Positions 25,790 to 32,000 of a stretch of 32,000 nt of DNA are shown in pieces. The translations under genes were made by a program, and so were the position numbers. Origin of the DNA: Pseudoalteromonas translucida KMM 520 (lineage in GTDB: Bacteria; Pseudomonadota; Gammaproteobacteria; Enterobacterales; Alteromonadaceae); contig NZ_CP011035.1 in the NCBI RefSeq assembly GCF_001465295.1, forward strand, positions 420,001 through 452,000, in the 5' to 3' direction. The notes under the pieces are model-generated. The model saw only the letters and a list, made by a program, of their open reading frames with translations, was not told the origin of the DNA and did not search any database. How positions within the stretch are numbered: position 1 is the first letter of the stretch; every line of letters begins with the position of its first letter.

Positions 25790-26452
25790 CTACTCAGCGT
25801 TTTGCTGTGCTTCTTCTTCAGCTATTTGCTTAAAGGCTTGCACAAATGCAGCGCTAGGTTGCCCGCCAGTAAGGGCGTATTGCTCATTTATGATAAAAGT
25901 AGGCACAGTGGTAATACCCATTTGCTGTATGTCACTTTGCTGGCTGCGTACTTCTTGAAAAAACTCGCCACCGGCTAAAATTTCTTGAGCACGGTCTGTA
26001 TCAAGGCCAACACTTGCAACAATATCAAGCAAAGCAGATTGCTCGTTTAAATTCACTAAGTCAGAAAAGTGGGCTTTAAATAAAGCCAGTTTTAGCTCGG
26101 TCTGCTTATTTAAAGTGGCAGCCCATGCTAATAAACGATGGCAATCAAAGCTATTTATTATCATTCGCTTATCGTCAAAGTTAAACGTGAAGTTGGCGTC
26201 TTTTCCGGCGTCTATTAAACGTTGGCGGTTATCTTTGCTTTGCTCTGGTGTTAAGCCGTACTTTTGCGTTAAATGTTCATTTAGATCTTGGCCTTCAGGC
26301 GGCATATTTGGGTTAAGCTCAAACGGTTTCCAGCTAATTTCTGCGTTTATTTCACCGTGTAATTCACTGAGTGCTTTTTCAAGGTTTTTATAACCAATAA
26401 TGCACCATGGGCACATTACATCCGACACAATATCAATTTTAAGCGTTTTCAT
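25790..26452 (-). CDS. DsbA-family (FrnE/HCCA-isomerase-like) thioredoxin-fold oxidoreductase, cytoplasmic
   Basis: 220 aa with the N-terminal active site DVMCPWCIIG (CxxC). No signal peptide. VPTFIINEQYALTGGQP is the cis-Pro loop region typical of this subfamily. Confidence 0.85.
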   Translation of the reverse strand: MKTLKIDIVSDVMCPWCIIGYKNLEKALSELHGEINAEISWKPFELNPNMPPEGQDLNEHLTQKYGLTPEQSKDNRQRLIDAGKDANFTFNFDDKRMIINSFDCHRLLAWAATLNKQTELKLALFKAHFSDLVNLNEQSALLDIVASVGLDTDRAQEILAGGEFFQEVRSQQSDIQQMGITTVPTFIINEQYALTGGQPSAAFVQAFKQIAEEEAQQNAE

Positions 26453-26575
26453 TATTTTCCCTTAGGGCAAAGCGGTAAAGCGAATATAGTGAGTATATTG
26501 GGATTAATTGCAGTTTATCAATCATGATTACTCTGCAGTGGATTAAAAGCTGCAAAAAATGTATTGGCAGCCTGG

Positions 26576-27184
26576 TTACTTTTTAGCATAAGGCAGGCGG
26601 ATTAATTTGTTAGTGCTGTGGTAGCTGTCGAGCCCGCTTATAGCTACCGTATCTATGGCCTGTAAGTCTAAAAAGCCATCGCTTTGCAGTGCCGCTTCAT
26701 CTAAATATACGTCCATTATTTCGCCAATCACAAGCTCTGTACCATTGACTGCTAAATGCTGATGTTCAATGTATTTTACCGCATATTTTAAGCGGCTTTG
26801 TTGTACAAATGGGGCAGTAAATTCATTTAAATACTCAGCAGTTAAGCCGGTGGCAGCAAACTCTGATTCGTTTTTATCATAACGCGCCGAGGTTTGATGT
26901 GCTTGCTGATAAATAGCACTATTAACATGGTTAATAGTATAAACACCGGTTGCTAAAATATTTTCGAAAGTGTGACGAGGAACGCTGTGGGGGCGCATTA
27001 TCATACCAATTAATGGTGGGTGCGCGCCTAAATGAATAACAGAGCTAACAATCGATAAGTTAGTATTGCCTTGGCTGTCTTGAGTGCCAATTAAGTTAGC
27101 GCTTTTAAAGCCCGACAACGAGTTTATAAAGTGGGTACGCGTGTTTTTTTCAAGTGCTGCAATGCGCGCTTTAGTAAAATGCAT
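26576..27184 (-). CDS. Flavin reductase-like (FMN-binding split-barrel) family protein
   Basis: 202 aa. The general pattern is that of the flavin reductase family (GFKSANLIGT...NLSIVSSVIHLGAHPPLIGMIMRP...HTFENI...TGVYTINHV). SD is TAAGGA, 7 nt before the ATG. Confidence 0.7.
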   Translation of the reverse strand: MHFTKARIAALEKNTRTHFINSLSGFKSANLIGTQDSQGNTNLSIVSSVIHLGAHPPLIGMIMRPHSVPRHTFENILATGVYTINHVNSAIYQQAHQTSARYDKNESEFAATGLTAEYLNEFTAPFVQQSRLKYAVKYIEHQHLAVNGTELVIGEIMDVYLDEAALQSDGFLDLQAIDTVAISGLDSYHSTNKLIRLPYAKK

Positions 27185-27193
27185 TAAAAAATC

Positions 27194-27249
27194 CTTACTA
27201 TGAAATACTTACCATGAAATACTTACCATGAAATACTTACCATGAAATA
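27194..27249. repeat. Tandem repeat, 14-bp unit CTTACCATGAAATA x4 (first copy CTTACTATGAAATA)
   Basis: Read directly: copies at 27194-27207, 27208-27221, 27222-27235 and 27236-27249. The last copy contains the final codons and stop of the SDR gene (ATT TCA TGG TAA on the minus strand). The other three fill the spacer before the flavin reductase gene. Confidence 0.95.
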
Positions 27250-27971
27250 GTAGTGCCTTGCCAATCTAGGTAGGCGGGTTCACCGTTAAGTTCTAAATTA
27301 GGGTTAGTGTTAGTCAGTTCAAATAATTGCTGCGCTACAAACGCAGGAGTAAAAAGCTTGTTTGGCGGTACATTTTTTTGAAAAGGCTTAGACAGCTCAG
27401 TGTCGGTAGTACCGGGATGAAATAAAATGAGCTTAGTATTTTTAGCGCGCCTTGCCAGCTCCACGGCGGCAGTTTTAAATAACATATTAAGCGCCGCTTT
27501 TGATGCGCGATAGGTATACCAGCCGCCAAGTTTATTGTCGTTTATGCTGCCAACCCGAGCGCTTAATGCGGTAATAGTACAGTGAGTTTTAGAGGTTAAT
27601 AATGGTAATACACTTTGCAGGCATAGCAGTGGTGTAAGCGCATTAACTTGCAGTAGTTGATTAAAGTAATCGCTGTTAATGTCCTCTAGTTTTTTTTCTG
27701 GCATGTGTTGCTGATTATGTAACAGGCCATTAAAAATAATTACCTGATGTAAATCAGCCTGCTGGTTTTGTAGTGTAGCGGTAACATTGTTTAAGCTTTG
27801 CTTTGAATAATCGCTTTGCAGTTGCGTTATATTATTTAGGTTATTGTACTGTGCATTGAGCGCGGCTGCGCTTACGCAAACAATATGGTACTGGGTTACT
27901 TGGTTATTTAAATGCGCTATATAAGCTTGTGCAATTGCGCTACTTGCGCCAAATAAAACAACAGTTTTCAT
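27237..27971 (-). CDS. Short-chain dehydrogenase/reductase (C-factor/CsgA-like SDR)
   Basis: 244 aa with N-terminal cofactor motif VVLFGASSAIAQAY, catalytic YRASKAALN (YxxxK) and FHPGTTDTEL. Its start overlaps the upstream DCC gene stop (ATGA). Confidence 0.85.
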   Translation of the reverse strand: MKTVVLFGASSAIAQAYIAHLNNQVTQYHIVCVSAAALNAQYNNLNNITQLQSDYSKQSLNNVTATLQNQQADLHQVIIFNGLLHNQQHMPEKKLEDINSDYFNQLLQVNALTPLLCLQSVLPLLTSKTHCTITALSARVGSINDNKLGGWYTYRASKAALNMLFKTAAVELARRAKNTKLILFHPGTTDTELSKPFQKNVPPNKLFTPAFVAQQLFELTNTNPNLELNGEPAYLDWQGTTISW

Positions 27972-28366
27972 TTATCACCTTTGCTTTTAGTTTTACATTG
28001 ATTATTTTTACACTGTGAGTTTGGCATTAAAAAATGGCTTATAGGCTGGCGATACTTAGCAAAAAAAGTGTATGCGCAATCGGCAAAAAAACGAATTATG
28101 GGCAAGCGAATAATCTTCAACCAAGGGTATTTACCCACTGTTCTCCATGCTTGATAGGTTACATCAAGGCCATAAATCATTATTCCAGATGGCATTTTTG
28201 CGTGTAATAACGCCATAGCTTTACTTTTATCTACATTAGGAAAACGCGTATTAAAGTTAGTGGCATTAAGGTCCTCTAATATTATTTTATTATTAATGTC
28301 AGCACGCTTTAAATGTTGCATCTCGGCATTACACAGTGGGCAGTTAGCATCGTAAAAAATGATCAT
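27968..28366 (-). CDS. DCC-family thiol-disulfide oxidoreductase (DUF393)
   Basis: 132 aa starting MIIFYDANCPLCNAEMQHLKR. The D-x-x-C-x-x-C motif near the N-terminus defines the family. Confidence 0.8.
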   Translation of the reverse strand: MIIFYDANCPLCNAEMQHLKRADINNKIILEDLNATNFNTRFPNVDKSKAMALLHAKMPSGIMIYGLDVTYQAWRTVGKYPWLKIIRLPIIRFFADCAYTFFAKYRQPISHFLMPNSQCKNNQCKTKSKGDK

Positions 28367-28486
28367 GTTATTGCTTTGTAATTATTTTACATATGCTTTT
28401 TTACGACACGCCATTGCAAATGGATCTATTAAATAACCGCACATAGTGATATTAATAGTGTTCCATGAAACAAAGGAGACTGAGAA

Positions 28487-31132
28487 ATGAGTGAACAATA
28501 TGCCGCCTTGCGAGGCAATGTAAATTTACTAGGCCAATTATTAGGGCAAACAATTAAAGATGCCCAAGGCCAAGCAATTTTAGATAAAGTAGAAGAAATA
28601 AGGGCTTTATCAAAGTCATCTCGCAGTGGCAACGAAAACGACCGTAAAACACTAATAAAAGTATTACATGCGCTCAGCGATGAAGAGCTGTTACCGGTTG
28701 CCCGTTCATTTAATCATTTTTTAAACCTTGCCAATGTTGCAGAGCAGTTTCATACCGTTTCGCGTTTTAATGATGTTGGCTTTTGCCAGCTAAATCCTCT
28801 CACTCAAACATTAAAAACGTTAGCAACTAAAGCAAATAATGGCCAACTTAATCACAATCATTTGGCCGACACACTCTCAAAACTCCACATAAACTTGGTG
28901 CTAACCGCGCACCCAACAGAAGTAACACGCCGCACAATTATTAATAAGCACGTTGAGTTAAGTGATTGCTTAGCTTCATTGGAGCGAACTGATAACTTAG
29001 CACAAGAGCGCGAAGCTATTTTAAATCGTATTGCGCAGTTAATTAGCCAAGCATGGCACACCGACGATATTCGTCGCTCGCGCCCCACCCCTGTTGATGA
29101 AGCAAAGTGGGGCTACGCGGTGATTGAAAATAGCTTGTGGCATGCAGTGCCACGTTTTTTACGTGAGTTTAGTCAGCATGTAAAAGAGCATTTAAGCTTA
29201 GAGTTACCAACAAACTACAGCCCAATAGAGTTTACCTCGTGGATGGGCGGAGATCGTGACGGCAACCCCTATGTAACTGCACAAGTAACCAAAGAGGTGC
29301 TTGATCATGGTCGTTGGATGGCACTGGACTTATATGGCCGCGATTTAGAAACGCTAAGTACAGAGCTGTCGATGTCTGATGCCAGTGATGAGCTGATAGC
29401 CCTTGCGGGGCAAGAATTTGAACCTTATCGCTGCGTGATTAAAACACTTAAAAACCAAGTGTTAGAAACCGTGATGCATTTAGGAGCAAAAATAAAAAAT
29501 CAGCGCAGCGAAGCTCAAGACTTAATTACCGATATAAACCAAATAAAACATCCAATTGAGGTGTGCTATCGCTCGCTATTAAAATGCAATATGAAAGTAG
29601 TAGCCGATGGCCTATTACTGGATGTATTACATCGTATTAATAGTTTTGGTTTGCGGTTGGCTAAATTAGATGTACGCCAAGATTCATCGCGCCATGGTGA
29701 TGTGTTTTCAGAGCTTACGCGTTACTTAGGCTTGGGCGATTACAACCAATGGCAAGAGCAAGACAAACAAGCCTTTTTACTCACTGAGCTTAACTCGCGC
29801 AGGCCACTAATACCTAAGCGTTGGCAGCCAAGCCCAGAGGTACAAGAAGTACTCGACACCTTTGACGTGATTGCACAGCAAGACGAGCAAACATTTGGCT
29901 TATATATTATTTCTATGGCGCGCACAGCCTCCGATATTTTAGCGGTACAATTGCTGTTAAAAGAAAGTGGTTGTAGCTTTAAATTACCGGTTGCGCCGTT
30001 ATTTGAAACCTTAGATGATTTAAATGATGGCCACAATGTTATTACTACATTGTTGGATAATGACTGGTACAGAGGCCAAATTAACAATACCCAAAACGTC
30101 ATGATAGGTTACTCAGACTCAGCAAAAGATGCCGGTATGATGGCAGCTGGTTGGGCGCAGTACGAAGCAATGGATAAGCTAGTGCAATTGGCCGACAAAC
30201 GCGGCATAGAGCTGGTGTTATTTCATGGCCGTGGCGGTACGGTAGGGCGAGGTGGCGCACCCGCTGCACAAGCCCTACATTCACAACCACCGGGGTCATT
30301 AAAAGGCGGGCTGCGTGTAACCGAGCAAGGCGAGATGATCCGCTTTAAATTTGGTTTACCCGATGTTGCGCTGCAAAGCTTAAATATTTACGCCGGTGCT
30401 GTACTGCAAAGTAATTTATTACCACCGCCAGAGCCTAAACCACAATGGCGCGAAGTAATGGCTTTGATCAGCGAAGAGTCGTGCGAGCATTATCGTAACG
30501 TGGTACGCTACGATGAAAACTTTGTACCTTACTTTAGAATGGCAACCCCAGAGCTTGAGCTTTCTAAACTGCCGCTTGGCTCGCGCCCTGCAAAACGAAA
30601 CCCTACAGGTGGGGTCGAAAGCTTGCGGGCAATACCGTGGATTTTTGCATGGAGCCAAAACCGTTTAATGCTGCCAGCGTGGTTAGGCGCATTAACAGGA
30701 TTACAAGCGGCCTTGGCAAAATACGGCGCTGAAACCTTGCAAGAAATGAGCTTGCAATGGCCATTTTTTAGATCGCGACTAGAAATGCTCGAAATGGTAT
30801 TTAGTAAAGCCGACAGCTGGTTAAGCGAGCATTACGATAACGCGCTGGTGGAAGATATGTACAAACCACTTGGTGTTACTTTGCGCAAAGAGCTCGCAGA
30901 AGCGATTAGTTTAGTACAGTCGCTTAGCCCGCAAAAAAGCTTATTGGCCGATCAGCCATGGATCAAAGAGTCAATTGCGCTGCGTAACCCTTATACCGAT
31001 CCGCTTAACGTGTTGCAGGTAGAGTTACTTCGCCGTGCGCGCTCAAGCGACAACGGCAGCGAGGGCGATATAGATAACGCGTTAATGATCACCATGACCG
31101 GCATAGCAGCAGGTATGCGCAATACTGGTTAA
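28487..31132 (+). CDS. ppc: Phosphoenolpyruvate carboxylase
   Basis: 881 aa with conserved blocks [43 protein letters not shown] and the C-terminal ...[19 protein letters not shown] is upstream. Confidence 0.98.
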   Translation: MSEQYAALRGNVNLLGQLLGQTIKDAQGQAILDKVEEIRALSKSSRSGNENDRKTLIKVLHALSDEELLPVARSFNHFLNLANVAEQFHTVSRFNDVGFCQLNPLTQTLKTLATKANNGQLNHNHLADTLSKLHINLVLTAHPTEVTRRTIINKHVELSDCLASLERTDNLAQEREAILNRIAQLISQAWHTDDIRRSRPTPVDEAKWGYAVIENSLWHAVPRFLREFSQHVKEHLSLELPTNYSPIEFTSWMGGDRDGNPYVTAQVTKEVLDHGRWMALDLYGRDLETLSTELSMSDASDELIALAGQEFEPYRCVIKTLKNQVLETVMHLGAKIKNQRSEAQDLITDINQIKHPIEVCYRSLLKCNMKVVADGLLLDVLHRINSFGLRLAKLDVRQDSSRHGDVFSELTRYLGLGDYNQWQEQDKQAFLLTELNSRRPLIPKRWQPSPEVQEVLDTFDVIAQQDEQTFGLYIISMARTASDILAVQLLLKESGCSFKLPVAPLFETLDDLNDGHNVITTLLDNDWYRGQINNTQNVMIGYSDSAKDAGMMAAGWAQYEAMDKLVQLADKRGIELVLFHGRGGTVGRGGAPAAQALHSQPPGSLKGGLRVTEQGEMIRFKFGLPDVALQSLNIYAGAVLQSNLLPPPEPKPQWREVMALISEESCEHYRNVVRYDENFVPYFRMATPELELSKLPLGSRPAKRNPTGGVESLRAIPWIFAWSQNRLMLPAWLGALTGLQAALAKYGAETLQEMSLQWPFFRSRLEMLEMVFSKADSWLSEHYDNALVEDMYKPLGVTLRKELAEAISLVQSLSPQKSLLADQPWIKESIALRNPYTDPLNVLQVELLRRARSSDNGSEGDIDNALMITMTGIAAGMRNTG

Positions 31133-31146
31133 TAGCTAAATAAAAA

Positions 31147-31182
31147 TAAGGGGATTGCGCAGCGCCGTAACCCCTTTATTTT
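31147..31182 (+). terminator. Rho-independent terminator after ppc
   Basis: AAGGGG ... CCCCTT stem with an internal GCG/CGC helix, followed by TATTTT. It lies 15 nt past the ppc stop. Confidence 0.6.
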
Positions 31183-31253
31183 ATGCGTATACGCTGGCAT
31201 TTTATGCGCTAACCTTTTAAACTACTTAGCCATTGAATAACAAAAAATATATT

Positions 31254-32000
31254 ATGGCTTCAGCAACCTTTTTAGTACAAGCAAACACCGCACTTAGTAA
31301 TACCCACATCTCCTTAAGCGTAGCGCAAACACAGGCTTTACGTAGCCAATTAAAAACCCAGCGCGGCATTTTAAACGCAAATAATATTAACCAACTATGC
31401 ACGCAACTTAATGTAACAAACGACGCCTTATTACAAGGTATAGTGCCTTTAGCGTCTGAGTTTGCGGTAGCGCCCGTGTCGAACTTTCATGTGGGTGCAA
31501 TCGTTAAAGCACTTGATGAAAGCGGCGAGGTTAATTTTTACTTTGGTGCTAATGCCGAGTTTAACCGCCAAGCACTTAGTTTAGTGGTACACGCAGAGCA
31601 GTCTGCAATTAATAATGCGTGGTTAAATGGCGCGAAAAAAATACTAAAAATAGCGATTAGTGACGCACCTTGTGGTTATTGCCGCCAGTTTATGAATGAA
31701 TTAGCTGATGCGCGTGAACTTGATATTTTACTGCCCGAGCAGCAATTTAAACTTGCAGACTTGTTACCGCATTCGTTTGGCCCTACCGATTTAGGTAATC
31801 AGTACAGCTTATTTAATCCTGCCCCGCAAGCTCGCTCATTTAACAATACAGATGTAGATAAACAGCTGGCAGCCCATGCGTTAGCGGCTTATGTACCGTA
31901 TAGCCAAAACTACAGTGCAGTAAAAATCACTACATTTAACAACGGTGACTTTTATGGCAGTTACGCAGAAAACGCTGCATACAGCCCTAGCTTATCGCCA
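31254..32000 (+). CDS. cdd: Cytidine deaminase (two-domain, E. coli type), C-terminus beyond the window edge
   Basis: My own translation from ATG 31254 gives [16 protein letters not shown]...[29 protein letters not shown]...[15 protein letters not shown]...[15 protein letters not shown].... The Zn-ligand motifs HAEQ and PCGYCRQ are present. The frame is open to nt 32000, and it is not in the ORF track because no stop lies inside the window. Confidence 0.9.
   Translation, partial: MASATFLVQANTALSNTHISLSVAQTQALRSQLKTQRGILNANNINQLCTQLNVTNDALLQGIVPLASEFAVAPVSNFHVGAIVKALDESGEVNFYFGANAEFNRQALSLVVHAEQSAINNAWLNGAKKILKIAISDAPCGYCRQFMNELADARELDILLPEQQFKLADLLPHSFGPTDLGNQYSLFNPAPQARSFNNTDVDKQLAAHALAAYVPYSQNYSAVKITTFNNGDFYGSYAENAAYSPSLSP

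Noticed and set aside
31175-31208. Direct repeat ATTTTATGCG x2 and 10-bp palindrome GCGTATACGC (31185-31194) upstream of cdd as a possible CytR/CRP-type operator
   Set aside because: There are no TGTGA-N6-TCACA CRP half-sites. The elements are short and overlap the ppc terminator tail, so chance is a sufficient explanation.
1-32000. Window-wide look for mobile elements, prophage genes, integron attC sites, CRISPR repeats, toxin-antitoxin pairs, restriction-modification or other defence-system hallmarks, and for sharp compositional islands
   Set aside because: No transposase, integrase or recombinase ORFs were found. There are no regularly spaced repeats, no nuclease/helicase/ATPase defence-type proteins and no obvious compositional break by eye. 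All sizeable ORFs are housekeeping or environmental-sensing functions.

Overview
The window reads as an ordinary chromosomal core region of an AT-rich marine gammaproteobacterium. Gene content and protein sequences look Alteromonadales/Pseudoalteromonas-like, but that is inference only, with no search run and G+C not computed. I support 28 protein-coding genes, two of them truncated by the window edges. Left to right: a Fur-controlled PepSY protein plus TonB-dependent receptor pair, a CDF metal exporter, a 1585-aa hybrid histidine kinase followed by a GNAT acetyltransferase, and an AdaA-AlkA fusion plus Ogt alkylation-repair pair. Then come tdk, ltaE, rlmF, an alpha/beta hydrolase, a TPR-sulfotransferase and a second, non-Fur TonB-dependent receptor. 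Next are an unlisted 53-aa Cys-rich ORF, a LETM1-like protein, an M17 aminopeptidase, a YaeR-like VOC protein, an orphan KAS III and a secreted amidohydrolase. The right end holds a RegB/RegA-type two-component pair, ppiC, a four-gene cytoplasmic thiol/flavin redox cluster, ppc and the start of cdd. I found no rRNA, tRNA, CRISPR array, transposase, integrase, phage gene or recognisable defence system, and I see no convincing novel multi-gene system. The points most worth a second look are modest. (1) A structured 5' leader upstream of the second TonB-dependent receptor has mutually exclusive anti-SD pairings and matches no riboswitch class I recognise. (2) That receptor is paired with a cytoplasmic TPR-sulfotransferase. 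(3) A divergent pair of small proteins carries domains better known from mitochondrial proteins (Oxidored-like CC-x4-CC-x-CVW and LETM1-like). (4) A 14-bp x4 tandem repeat copies the stop-codon region of an SDR gene into the spacer before the next gene. Coordinates of small elements were counted by hand and may be off by 1-2 nt.
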